64,000 nt of DNA from an uncultured Actinomycetota bacterium (lineage in GTDB: Bacteria; Actinomycetota; Actinomycetes; S36-B12; UBA10799): assembly GCA_963704075.1 (NCBI GenBank), contig CAVPGV010000010.1, positions 8,685-72,684 on the forward strand, given 5' to 3'. A program made the translations under genes and the position numbers. Below the pieces are notes generated by a model, which was not told where the DNA came from, searched no databases, and saw nothing but the letters and a program-made list of their open reading frames with translations. This document shows, one piece after another, positions 30,992-40,183 of this stretch. Within the stretch, counting starts at the first letter, position 1; every line of letters begins with the position of its first letter.

Positions 30992-31902
30992 CAGTCGCCC
31001 GCGAACTCCGCGGACACGACGAAGTCCCGCAGCCACGCCCGAAAGTCAGGACCGAGGTCGTCACGGGCACAGGCCAGGCGCACGGTCGCCTGCAGGTAGG
31101 ACTGCTTGTCACCGGTGTCGTAGCGGCGCCCCTTGAAGATCACGCCATGCACTCCCCCGCCCTCACTGGCAGGCATCTGGGCCAATGTCTTCAACGCGTC
31201 GGTGAGCTGGATCTCGTCACCGCGTCCAGGCGGCGTGTTCCGCAGGACCTCGAAGACCGCCGGATCCAGCACGTACCGGCCGATGACGGCCAGGTTCGAC
31301 GGAGCCGACTCGGTGTCGGGCTTCTCGACCAAGTCGTTGACCGTCACGGCCTCCGAACCGATGACCGGGGTCACCGCAGCACATCCGTACAGGTGGATCT
31401 GGGACTCGTGCACCTCCATCAGGCACAACACACTGCCGCCGAACTCCTCACGCACCGCCAGCATCTGCTCGAGCACGTAGTTGCCGGTGTCGATCAGGTC
31501 GTCGCCGAGCAGGACCGCGAAAGGCTCATCCCCCACGTGCATGTCGGCACACAGGACCGCATGACCCAGACCCCGCGGCTCGCCTTGGCGCACGTAGTGC
31601 ACCTTCGCCAGTTCCGCGGCCGCCATCACCGACGCCAGCCGATCATGGTCGTTCTTCGTGAACAGAGTGCGTTCGAGCATGGGGTTGCGGTCGAAGTGGT
31701 CCTCGAGGGACGACTTGTTCCGCCCGGTGATGATCAGAACATCGTCGAGACCGGCGTCCACGGCCTCTTCGACCACGTACTGGATGGCTGGCCGGTCGAC
31801 GACGGGCAGCATCTCCTTGGGGGTGGCTTTGGTCGCCGGCAGGAAGCGGGTACCTAGACCGGCGGCCGGAACAACGGCCTTCGTCACACGATTACTGGAC
31901 AT
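30991..31902 (-). CDS. galU: UTP--glucose-1-phosphate uridylyltransferase
   Basis: KAVVPAAGLGTRFLPATKATPKEMLPVVDRPAIQYVVEE. The stop overlaps the moeA ATG by 1 nt (TGATG). Confidence 0.93.
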   Translation of the reverse strand: MSSNRVTKAVVPAAGLGTRFLPATKATPKEMLPVVDRPAIQYVVEEAVDAGLDDVLIITGRNKSSLEDHFDRNPMLERTLFTKNDHDRLASVMAAAELAKVHYVRQGEPRGLGHAVLCADMHVGDEPFAVLLGDDLIDTGNYVLEQMLAVREEFGGSVLCLMEVHESQIHLYGCAAVTPVIGSEAVTVNDLVEKPDTESAPSNLAVIGRYVLDPAVFEVLRNTPPGRGDEIQLTDALKTLAQMPASEGGGVHGVIFKGRRYDTGDKQSYLQATVRLACARDDLGPDFRAWLRDFVVSAEFAGD

Positions 31903-31939
31903 GCGCCGAGCGTAGTGCGACCGGGTGGTCGCGGTCGCA

Positions 31940-32659
31940 TCAGGCGTCGCGGCGCCGCAGTAGAACCAGTCCGACCAGCAGCAGGCCCACCATCCAGGCA
32001 GCCCACACTCCGGCCGACAGGGCGACATCCACGCCGGAGAACCACGACTGCATGGAGGCCAGCGGCAGGACCGACGGCAACCATTCGAGCCGGGCCCCCA
32101 ACAGACCGATCACGGCCTGTTCGAGCAGCAGCAGGATCAACGGTCCGATGATGCCCAGCGGGTGATTGCGCGTGATCAGAGTGATGCTGAAGGCCAGCAG
32201 TGCGTACGTCAGGGCGAACACCGCCACCTGCCAGGCGACTGTGGCCCAGGTCTGACCCCCGGAAGCTGTCTCGCCGAGCAGGACGAGCAAGGCGTATCCC
32301 GCGGCCGCGGCGAGTGCCACCACGATCAGCGTCAGCACGACAGTGGTGAAGAGTTTCGCGAAGAAGACGCCGAACCGCCCCGGAAACGCGGTGAGGGTCA
32401 AGCGGATCGTGCCGTACCGGTACTCGTGGCCGAATGCCATCGCCCCGAGGCTTGCGACCAGGACGATCACGATCGGGTTGCCGAGCAGCGCTCCGGAGAC
32501 CAGGTCGGTCGTCGGAATCTTGTCCAGGCCCTCGTCGAAGTCGTCGGCGAACGTACCGAGGTAGGCGAAAGCGGCGGCGGCGAGGATCACGAACAGGGAC
32601 GTGATCCAGGTGGTCCGGATGCTCTTGGCACGACGCCACTCGAAGGTCAGCAACTCCAT
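31940..32659 (-). CDS. ABC-2 type transporter permease
   Basis: 239 aa with six hydrophobic helices, immediately downstream of an ABC ATPase. Confidence 0.75.
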   Translation of the reverse strand: MELLTFEWRRAKSIRTTWITSLFVILAAAAFAYLGTFADDFDEGLDKIPTTDLVSGALLGNPIVIVLVASLGAMAFGHEYRYGTIRLTLTAFPGRFGVFFAKLFTTVVLTLIVVALAAAAGYALLVLLGETASGGQTWATVAWQVAVFALTYALLAFSITLITRNHPLGIIGPLILLLLEQAVIGLLGARLEWLPSVLPLASMQSWFSGVDVALSAGVWAAWMVGLLLVGLVLLRRRDA

Positions 32660-33580
32660 CAGGCGACACCTCCGCCGATCCGGAAGTCCTGACCCGACTC
32701 GGTGAGTTCCAGGAACGCCTGCTCGAGACTGGCCGTGCGCTTGGTCAGTTCGGAGACGGGCAGGCCGTGGCGGAAGGCGATGTCACCCACCCGGTCGGTG
32801 CTCGCGTCACTGACGGCGAGTGCGTCGGACGATTCCAGTCGTACCGCGTCAGCGCCGAGTTCCTCGGTGAGCGCGGCGGCCAGTTCGTCCACCCGTGGCG
32901 AGCGGACCAGCACGTCGTTGGTGGTCGAGCGGTTGACGAGATCCTCCGACGGACTCATCGGCCAACAGCCGGCCCTTGGCGATGACGACCACGTGGTCGG
33001 CCATGACCTCCATCTCGCTGAGCAGATGGCTGGAGACCAGAACCGTGCGCCCCTGGGAGGCGTAGTACTTCAGGTAGTCCCGCAGCCAGTGGATCGACTG
33101 CGGATCCAGGCCGTTGGCGGGCTCGTCGAGCAGCAGCACGTCGGGTTCGGCCAGGATCGCGGTCGCGAGCCCGAGGCGCTGCCCCATCCCCAGCGAGAAG
33201 CCCTTCGGCTTCTTCTTCGCCACCGACTCCAAGCCCATGAGCGAGATCACTTCCTCGACCCGGGCCCGACTGGTCCGACTCGCGGCAGCCAGCATCCGCA
33301 GATGCGCCCGTGCGCTGCGGCTGGGGTGGAAGAACTTCGCGTCGAGGTGTGCACCCACCACCTTCGGCGCATGGGAGTGCAGTGCCAGGGGTTTGCCGTC
33401 CCACAAAGTCACGCCGCGCCCCGAGTCCAGGCCGAGCATCAACCGCAGAGTCGTGGACTTGCCCGAACCGTTCGGACCCAGGAAGCCCGTGACCTGCCCT
33501 GGACGGACCTGGAAACTCAGATCATCGACAGCCACCGTCCTCCCGTAGGTCTTGTGCAGATTGGACGCAGTGACGATCAC
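32659..33580 (-). pseudogene. ABC transporter ATP-binding protein, one frame break near 32955
   Basis: Walker A GPNGSGKST, signature FSLGMGQRL, Walker B LLLDEPANGLD, H-loop VSSHLL. The C-terminal domain SPSEDLVNRSTTNDVLVRSPRVDELAAAL... is in another frame. Confidence 0.85.
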
Positions 33581-33662
33581 GAAGGGACCCCTCGGTCGAT
33601 GCAGAACGGACAGCCCCGAAAATAGTCGATAGGCCCGACAGAATCCGCCAGGAGGCACCGAC

Positions 33663-33986
33663 ATGCCGACATACCTCTACAAGTGCACCGAGTGCGGCCA
33701 CCGCTTCGAGCACGCGCAGGGCTTCCACGACGACCCGCTGGAGATCTGCCCGGACTGCGGCGGGGTGGTGCGACGCGTGATCGGAAATGTGGGTGTCTCC
33801 TTCAAGGGCTCCGGGTTCTATCGCACGGACTCGCGGGCCGAGAGCCGCAGCAAGTCGACGAAGAGCCCCTCGTCCAGCGACACGAAATCCGACGCCGGCG
33901 CGAAACCGGAGAAGACAGCGGCCAAGGAGTCGTCGAGCGGGTCCACGTCCGGTTCGTCGTCGTCGTCGGACAGTTCCAAGAAATAG
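33663..33986 (+). CDS. FmdB-family zinc-ribbon protein (CxxC...CxxC) with Ser/Lys-rich tail
   Basis: MPTYLYKCTECGHRFEHAQGFHDDPLEICPDCGG. Confidence 0.85.
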   Translation: MPTYLYKCTECGHRFEHAQGFHDDPLEICPDCGGVVRRVIGNVGVSFKGSGFYRTDSRAESRSKSTKSPSSSDTKSDAGAKPEKTAAKESSSGSTSGSSSSSDSSKK

Positions 33987-34025
33987 CCGGGAAGGCCTTT
34001 CTTCGACTCTCGGGTGTGCATGGTT

Positions 34026-34133
34026 GAGGGCGGCGACCCTCGCCTGGTGGGCGACATTGTTGGGCACTCACAAGGCCGAAACCCCCCAACAACACCGCCC
34101 TGGTCACCGGGGGACCCCAACAACACCGCCCTC
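34026..34133. repeat. 108-nt structured intergenic repeat, copy 1 (CACCGCCCT family)
   Basis: GAGGGCGGCG...GGGCGACATTGTTGGGC...CCCAACAACACCGCCCT...CCCAACAACACCGCCCTC. Collinear with 44650-44757, which is the same length. Confidence 0.8.
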
Positions 34134-34202
34134 ACCGTGGGCGTCCACCCGACGCATCAACCCCCGCCGCAAACGGTGAGCTGTGGATGACCAAAAACCT
34201 CA

Positions 34203-34820
34203 GTGGCCGAATCCGCCTACCGTCGTGGGGTGGCGATTGATTCCTGGCGACTTCAGCGGCGATGGCGGCGCATCCAGCGCCCCTTGGCCGCATCACTCAT
34301 CGTTGTGGGCGGTGTTCTCGTGTGGGTTCAGCAGCATGGTCCGGCACCCACTGTGGCGACGGTGGTGGCGACGGTCGACATGTCGGCCGGACATATCGTC
34401 GGCTCCTCGGACCTGCAGGTCGTGGGGTGGCCGGCGGACGCACACCCCGCCCCGGCGGCGAGTTCGCCGGAGATGCTTCTCGGTCGTCGCGCAACGGCTC
34501 CCATCAGAGCCGGCGAGCCCCTGACCGATCAACGTGTGGTCGGTCCCAGTGTGCTGGCGGCGACCGGACCCGGCCTGGTCGCGATCGCGCTGAGACCCGA
34601 TCCGCTGACGTCCTCCGGGGTCATACGGCCTGGCGACCGCGTGAACCTTGTCGGGCAGACCGACACCGGCCCCCGCACCCTCGTGCAGGGCGCATCCGTG
34701 CTCACGCTGACCGAGGAGTCCGGGACCGTGCTGGCAGTGCCGGGCACATCAGCGGCCGCAGTCATGCAGGCAGCCGCGACGGATTCGATCGCAATGGTGT
34801 TGCTCGCCGACGACCAATAG
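34203..34820 (+). CDS. SAF-domain protein (CpaB/RcpC-like) with N-terminal TM anchor
   Basis: TM LAASLIVVGGVLVWV and a SAF-like segment VVATVDMSAGHIVGSSDLQVVGWP...PIRAGEPLTDQRV. Follows fmdB, as in many actinobacteria (recalled). Confidence 0.6.
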   Translation: MAESAYRRGVAIDSWRLQRRWRRIQRPLAASLIVVGGVLVWVQQHGPAPTVATVVATVDMSAGHIVGSSDLQVVGWPADAHPAPAASSPEMLLGRRATAPIRAGEPLTDQRVVGPSVLAATGPGLVAIALRPDPLTSSGVIRPGDRVNLVGQTDTGPRTLVQGASVLTLTEESGTVLAVPGTSAAAVMQAAATDSIAMVLLADDQ

Positions 34821-34830
34821 GCTGGTCCTC

Positions 34831-35373
34831 GTGCCCCTCACAAGTGTCAACAGACTCCTGATCGAGCAGATCGAACACGAGTTCACGGCCTCGCAGCAGT
34901 ACACGGCGTTCGCTGTCTGGTTCGACCAGCAAGCACTCCCGCAACTTGCCCAACGGTTCTACGAGCAAGCACTCGAGGAACGCAACCACGCGATGATGAT
35001 CGTTGCCTACCTGCTCGACCGGGACATCGACGTCACGTTGCCGGCGATTCCTGCACTCGCGCCGATCCCGGACTCCGTGACCGGCATCCTCGAGTTCTCC
35101 GTCGAACAGGAACAGGCGGTCACTCGCCAGTTCGAACAGATCATTGCCGCGGCCCGGAGCGACCAGGACTACCTCGCCGAGCAGTTCACGCACTGGTTCC
35201 TCAAGGAGCAGGTGGAGGAGGTGTCCAGCATGTCGACTCTGCTGCAGGTGGCCACCAGGTGCGGCGACAACCTGATGCTGCTCGAGGACTACCTCGCCCG
35301 CGAGGTACTGGACTCGGGTTCGGATCCGACCGCACCGCGGGCGGCGGGCGGCGCTGCGGCCCTGCTGGCCTGA
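34831..35373 (+). CDS. Ferritin (non-haem, bacterial)
   Basis: LIEQIEHEFTASQQYTAFAVWFD...YEQALEERNHAMMIVAYLLDRD carries the ferroxidase-centre E/ExxH residues. GTG start. Confidence 0.85.
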   Translation: MPLTSVNRLLIEQIEHEFTASQQYTAFAVWFDQQALPQLAQRFYEQALEERNHAMMIVAYLLDRDIDVTLPAIPALAPIPDSVTGILEFSVEQEQAVTRQFEQIIAAARSDQDYLAEQFTHWFLKEQVEEVSSMSTLLQVATRCGDNLMLLEDYLAREVLDSGSDPTAPRAAGGAAALLA

Positions 35374-35586
35374 CCGCGGCCGAGCACAGGAAGCCCTCAG
35401 TCCCGGTCGTGGTGGGGTGGTCGCGCAGCGAGCAGATCCGCGTCGGTCGACTCGTGCCCCCCTGACTCGTCCTGGGTGATCTGCGGGTCGAGGTCGATCT
35501 CGAGGTTCAGTTTGCGTGCCACCGTGCCAGGATACGCCGAGTGCGGGGCACGGCCGTGGCGCGAGTCGCCGCCGGGTTACCCTCGA

Positions 35587-36434
35587 ATGGTGCGCCGGAG
35601 TTTCTCAGCTGTCTGCTTGGCAGCCCTGATCGCGGGTCTTCCCGCCGCGGCCTGGGCCGATGACACGGTCACGGACCCGACCCCGACGGCCGAGCCGACA
35701 GCCGAACCGGACCCGACCCCGACGCCGAGCCGACAGCCGAACCGGAACCGACAGCCAAGCCGAAGAAGCTCCCCCGACGGCTGGTGATCGGTGAGTCCCG
35801 CCGAGGTCTGCCGATCGTGGCGAAGCGACAGGGCCGCGCCGACGCCAAACGGGTCCTGCTGGTCCTCGGTCAGATGCACGGGGATGAGCCGTATGGCCGC
35901 TACGTGGTGGATCAGGTCCGCAAGCTCAAGCCCCGCAAGAACACGGCGGTCTGGACCATCCGGACCATGAACCCCGACGGTGCGAGGTTGCGCACCCGCC
36001 GCAACGCCAGCCGGGTGGACCTGAACCGCAACTTCCCGGACAACTGGCAGGCCGGCGATCCAGGATCTCTGTTCTACGCCGGTCCGCGGCCGGCCAGTGA
36101 ACCGGAGACCCGGGCGTTCATGGCGGGTGCCCAGCAGATCCAGCCGGATGCGGTGGTTTCCTACCATCAACGTGCGAATGTGATCGATCGCGGAGCCCGC
36201 AAGAAGACCCGCAAATGGGTTAAACGCCTCAGCCGTGACCTTCGGCTGCCGATCAGCCGGGTCTCCTGCGTCACGAAGTGCGTCGGCACGATGTCGGGCT
36301 GGTTCAACACGCAGTTCCGCGGCTGGGCCGTGACCGTCGAATTGCCGGCCCGGGTGTCTGTGCCACGGCAGAGGTCGATGGCCCGAGCGATGATCCGGCT
36401 GGCACCGGACCTCAAACCCACTGCCAAGCGCTAA
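35587..36434 (+). pseudogene. Secreted M14-family zinc carboxypeptidase, one frame break at ~35723 inside a Pro/Thr/Ala/Glu linker
   Basis: Signal peptide MVRRSFSAVCLAALIAGLPAAAWA. The catalytic part GQMHGDEPYG...VDLNRNFP...SYHQ is in the next frame. The linker DNA repeat CCGACGGCCGAGCCGACAGCCGAACCGGA (first copy) recurs as CCGACGCCGAGCCGACAGCCGAACCGGA, that is, one G is missing. Confidence 0.8.
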
Positions 36435-36450
36435 CTGCTTCCATCAAAGC

Positions 36451-36477
36451 GGGGCCGCGAACGGGCCCTCCGGCCCC
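36451..36477. terminator. GC hairpin just after the M14 stop codon
   Basis: GGGGCCG-cgaacgggccctc-CGGCCCC. Confidence 0.4.
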
Positions 36478-36605
36478 GGTCTGTTGGCAGGCGACTGAAT
36501 TTTGCCCCTTTTGCGAGGTTTCGGCCATCAAAGCAGGGCCGGATATGCGATTTTGCGCGGTCGGCGGGCCAGTTTTGATGGCGGCCACCCAGCCCACACC
36601 ACGAC

Positions 36606-36642
36606 GAAGCCCCCGGTGCGCAGGTTGCGAACCGGGGGCTTC
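36606..36642. terminator. Bidirectional hairpin terminator between convergent genes
   Basis: GAAGCCCCCGGT-gcgcaggttgcga-ACCGGGGGCTTC, a 12-bp perfect stem. Confidence 0.65.
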
Positions 36643-36660
36643 GGACGGTCGAACGGTGGA

Positions 36661-37425
36661 TCAGGCTTCGGACTTCACCGTGGTCGGGTCATAGCCGTAG
36701 TAGGCGGTACGGGCGTCGCGGCGCTCGTGGGCCTCGATCTCGGCGGCCTTCGCGAACTCCGGGTCGAGGTCGATGTCGTTGACGTGGAAGCGCGGGTTGT
36801 TCTCCCACAGCCACTTCTCGATCTCCGGTCCGGATTCGAACGAGGTGATCAGGCAGTAGCGAGGCTCGTCACCGTTGTGCCACACGGAGTGCCACAGCCG
36901 CTCGGAGTCCACCATCAACTGCGCGCCGGCGGGGAGGTTGATCCGGACCTCGGTGCTCGGGTCGTTGATGTCCTCACGCAGGACCATGTAGGTGTCTTTG
37001 TCGTCGGTGAGGTTCATGAAACAGCGGATGACCCATCCCTCGCCGTCGGGGTTGAGACGGTTGTTGTCGTCCTCGTGGGAGTTGTACAGGGCGTCGGCGT
37101 AGGAGTTGGGCTGCAGTTCGATGACACGGCAGCGGCCAACGTTGGCGCCGGATTCCAGGGCACGCTTGACCAGGGTCGGAGCCTTCTCGACCTGACTGTC
37201 GATCCACACGCCGTCCTTGTCGGGCTTGGGCGGGTCGAAGTGCCAGAAGCCGTTGCACTCGATCTCGCCGTACGCACTGGCCAGGGGCGCGAAGCGGGTG
37301 TCGCCGCCGGACTTCCAGTCGACGTATTCCAGCGACAGCCATTCCTGCGGGTCGATCGGGTCGCCGTACATGTCGAGGACCGCGTATCCGGTCTCCTCGA
37401 GCATCGGGAGTTTGTAGTGGGCCAT
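36661..37425 (-). CDS. Acidic hypothetical protein, possibly cupin/Asp-Asn beta-hydroxylase-like 2OG oxygenase fold
   Basis: The 254-aa ORF starts MAHYKLPMLEE. A candidate HxD is in NSHEDDNNR and a distal His in ERLWHSVWHNGDEPRYCLITSF. The assignment is by motif resemblance only. Confidence 0.4.
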   Translation of the reverse strand: MAHYKLPMLEETGYAVLDMYGDPIDPQEWLSLEYVDWKSGGDTRFAPLASAYGEIECNGFWHFDPPKPDKDGVWIDSQVEKAPTLVKRALESGANVGRCRVIELQPNSYADALYNSHEDDNNRLNPDGEGWVIRCFMNLTDDKDTYMVLREDINDPSTEVRINLPAGAQLMVDSERLWHSVWHNGDEPRYCLITSFESGPEIEKWLWENNPRFHVNDIDLDPEFAKAAEIEAHERRDARTAYYGYDPTTVKSEA

Positions 37426-37645
37426 GGGACCTCCAGACGTTCTTGTGCCACATCGGTGCAGTGGCTTCCGTAACATCATCCCCTACTGAGCCCCCATTTA
37501 CGCGTGTCCTACGTCACATGTCGCAGCTATACCGCCGGAGGGTACTTCCGCCGTTCATGTGACGCTGCAGTGCCGTCAGCGGCATAGTGGAATGGCGCGA
37601 AGGGAGGTTGAGGTGCCCCTATCACCAATTCCGGAAGTCCAGTCG

Positions 37646-38569
37646 ATGACAATCCACGGTCACCAACGAGCGTTCGTCATGGTTGGCCGCGGCCCCGCCT
37701 TGGTGCTGCTGCACGGGATCGGTTGCGACCACCGAACCTGGATCCCTGTGCTGCGCCCGCTCAGCCGCCATTTCACAGTGATCGCGCCGGATCTGCTGGG
37801 CCACGGGCAGTCCGACGCGCCGCGCGCCGACTACAGCATCGGCGGATACGCCAACGGCGTGCGCGACCTCCTGGCCCTCAACGGCATCACCTCCGCCACC
37901 GTCGTCGGCCACAGTCTCGGCGGCGGGATCGCCATGCAATTCGCCTACCAGTTCCCGCAGAGCACCCAACGACTTGTCCTCGTGGGATCCGGGGGCCTTG
38001 GACGTAGCGTCAACCCGCTCCTGCGCGCGATCACCCTGCCCGGCGGTAGCACCGCGCTCAAGGCCGTCGCCCAGCCGCCCATCCGGATCCCGGCCGCTGC
38101 GGCCATGCGTGCGCTGCATTCACTCGGCGTTCCCGGCGGGATCGACTTCGCCGGCCTGGCGCAGGTCTACGACTCCCTGGGCGACCGCGGGCGGCGCCGG
38201 GCCTTCCATCATGTACTGCGGGCGGCGGTCGACTGGCGTGGACAAGTGATCACCATGCTGGACCGTGCCTACCTGGCCGAATCCATGCCCAGCCTGATCG
38301 TATGGGGCGAGCAGGACACCGTGATCCCGGTCAAGCACGCCTACGCGGCTCACGCGGTTCTCCCGGGTTCGCAGCTGGAAGTCATCCCCCACGCCGGACA
38401 CTTCCCTCATGAGGACGACCCCGAGCACTTCTCCGCCGCGCTCATCGACTTCATCCTCGACACGAAACCCGCCACGTACGACGGCCGCGGCTGGGTGCGA
38501 GCCCTGGCTAATGGTCCCCGTCCGCGCAAGTTCTGGGCATCTGCGCGTACCGAGGCGCAGGAGCAGTGA
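37646..38569 (+). CDS. Alpha/beta-fold hydrolase
   Basis: ALVLLHGIGCDHRTW, APDLLGHGQSD, VVGHSLGGGIAMQ, and C-terminal HAGHFPHEDDPEHF. Confidence 0.85.
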   Translation: MTIHGHQRAFVMVGRGPALVLLHGIGCDHRTWIPVLRPLSRHFTVIAPDLLGHGQSDAPRADYSIGGYANGVRDLLALNGITSATVVGHSLGGGIAMQFAYQFPQSTQRLVLVGSGGLGRSVNPLLRAITLPGGSTALKAVAQPPIRIPAAAAMRALHSLGVPGGIDFAGLAQVYDSLGDRGRRRAFHHVLRAAVDWRGQVITMLDRAYLAESMPSLIVWGEQDTVIPVKHAYAAHAVLPGSQLEVIPHAGHFPHEDDPEHFSAALIDFILDTKPATYDGRGWVRALANGPRPRKFWASARTEAQEQ

Positions 38570-38946
38570 CCGTCGCCTGGGATGCCGAACTCGTCGCAGC
38601 CGCCCAAACCACGATCGATGCCGCCGGTGATGGAAAGCTGCACACCGTCGCGGCGGCGGTGCGGGATACGGCCGGCGGTGTGCACACGGGGATCAACCTG
38701 TTCCACTTCACCGGGGGGCCTTGTGCGGAGATGGTCGCCCTCGCGACCGCGACCAAGACCAGCAGCCGGCCGCTGAGTCTGATCGTCGCGGTGGGCGATG
38801 CCGGCCGAGGGGTGCTGGCACCATGCGGGCGCTGCCGTCAGGTGATGCTCGACCTGTATCCAGGGATCCACGTGATGCTGCCCGACTCGACCGCGGTGAG
38901 CGTGGCGGATCTGCTACCTGAGTCGTACCGCTGGAGCGAGGCCTGA
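38566..38946 (+). CDS. Cytidine/blasticidin-S deaminase-like zinc deaminase
   Basis: Zinc motifs PCAEMVAL and PCGRCRQVM; 126 aa. Confidence 0.75.
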   Translation: MTVAWDAELVAAAQTTIDAAGDGKLHTVAAAVRDTAGGVHTGINLFHFTGGPCAEMVALATATKTSSRPLSLIVAVGDAGRGVLAPCGRCRQVMLDLYPGIHVMLPDSTAVSVADLLPESYRWSEA

Positions 38947-39229
38947 CCGGTTCCACACGAGGCGCGCGGTTGTTTCGTGAGCGGGCATCCGTGGGTGCCG
39001 CATGCCGGTTGCCGCCGGCGCGGCCGCATGAGCAACGGCGATCGCGACCACGTCGCGGAATCCGATCCTCCCCCGAGCCCGAGGCGGGGCATTCCGTAGC
39101 CGAGCCCTCCTGCGCCTGACGGCTGCGCGAGCGGGCCGTCTGGCCCGAAGCTCCCGGGATATCGGCGATGTGGTTCATCGAGGGAACACCCGATGGGGAA
39201 TACTCATCCGCAGGGCCGTGTGGCCCTGC

Positions 39230-39302
39230 GCCCCCGTAGCTCAGGGGATAGAGCAGTGGTTTCCTAAACCATTTGTCGGAGGTTCGAATCCTCTCGGGGG
39301 CA
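39230..39302 (+). tRNA. tRNA-Arg (anticodon CCT)
   Basis: GCCCCCGTAGCTCAGGGGATAGAGCAGTGGT-TTCCTAA-ACCAT...GGTTCGAATCCTCTCGGGGGCA. Confidence 0.93.
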
Positions 39303-39304
39303 CG

Positions 39305-39340
39305 GTGTCTTCGGCGGACCGCCCGGTCCGTCGAGGACAC
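39305..39340 (+). terminator. 16-bp hairpin directly after tRNA-Arg
   Basis: GTGTCTTCGGCGGACC-gccc-GGTCCGTCGAGGACAC (two G:U pairs). Confidence 0.6.
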
Positions 39341-39448
39341 AGCCCCGCCCGGCTGTCCACGCCCCAGGTCCTGCCGGCCCGCACGAACACCGGACAGCCG
39401 ACCCAGACTTCAGGACGCGTCGGGCCATCGTCTGCAAGGCTTGCCCAC

Positions 39449-40060
39449 ATGAAGACGGTGTTTTGGCTGTTCGCCGGCTTCTGGGCACTCATTCTGGTCG
39501 CCGGATCCCTCAACCCCGGATACCGCCATTACCGCGAACACGTCAGCCTGCTGGCCGCGCAGGGCAGCCGGTACGCATGGATCACGATCCTCGCCATCGT
39601 GCTGACCGCAGCGGCGCAGTGGGTCGCGGCCAGGCACTTCTGGGAGGTCAACCGCGCGGTGGCCTATCTCTTGCTGGTCGCAGGATTCGCCCTGCTGGCT
39701 GTCGCCGTATTCCGTGTTCCATGCCCCGAGAAGGCCCGCTACTGCGCGTTCGTCGAGGATCACACCGCCTCGGAGACCCTCCACGCCGCCGGAGTGATCA
39801 CCTACGCGATCGTGACCATGGCGGCTATGGTGCTCCTCGGGATCACAGCGCTGACCCGCGGACACCACAGTCTGGTCGGGGTTCCCGGCCTGATCGCGTC
39901 AGTCGTCTTCGCCCTCACCTTCAGCGGGCTGCTGCTGTTCCCCGCTGGTCTGGCGCAACGCACCTGGATAGCGGTCGGTCAGATCTGGTTGGTCGCCGCG
40001 GTCTTCGAGGCTCAACTCCACCGGGAGCGTTTGGCGGGCGCAGCCCGGGCTGGCACCTGA
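39449..40060 (+). CDS. Integral membrane protein (DUF998-like)
   Basis: Six hydrophobic helices starting MKTVFWLFAGFWALILVAGSL. The longer ORF from 39170 runs through the tRNA and is rejected. Confidence 0.6.
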   Translation: MKTVFWLFAGFWALILVAGSLNPGYRHYREHVSLLAAQGSRYAWITILAIVLTAAAQWVAARHFWEVNRAVAYLLLVAGFALLAVAVFRVPCPEKARYCAFVEDHTASETLHAAGVITYAIVTMAAMVLLGITALTRGHHSLVGVPGLIASVVFALTFSGLLLFPAGLAQRTWIAVGQIWLVAAVFEAQLHRERLAGAARAGT

Positions 40061-40183
40061 GCTCCTGCCCGTCTTGACTCGAGCCGGAAATCCTGCGGGT
40101 GCTACTCGTGGGACCACGGCCAGCCGATGGAGCCGCTCGGCGACAGTCGGAGCCCTCGCTCCCCCTCAAACGCCTGCCCCGAT

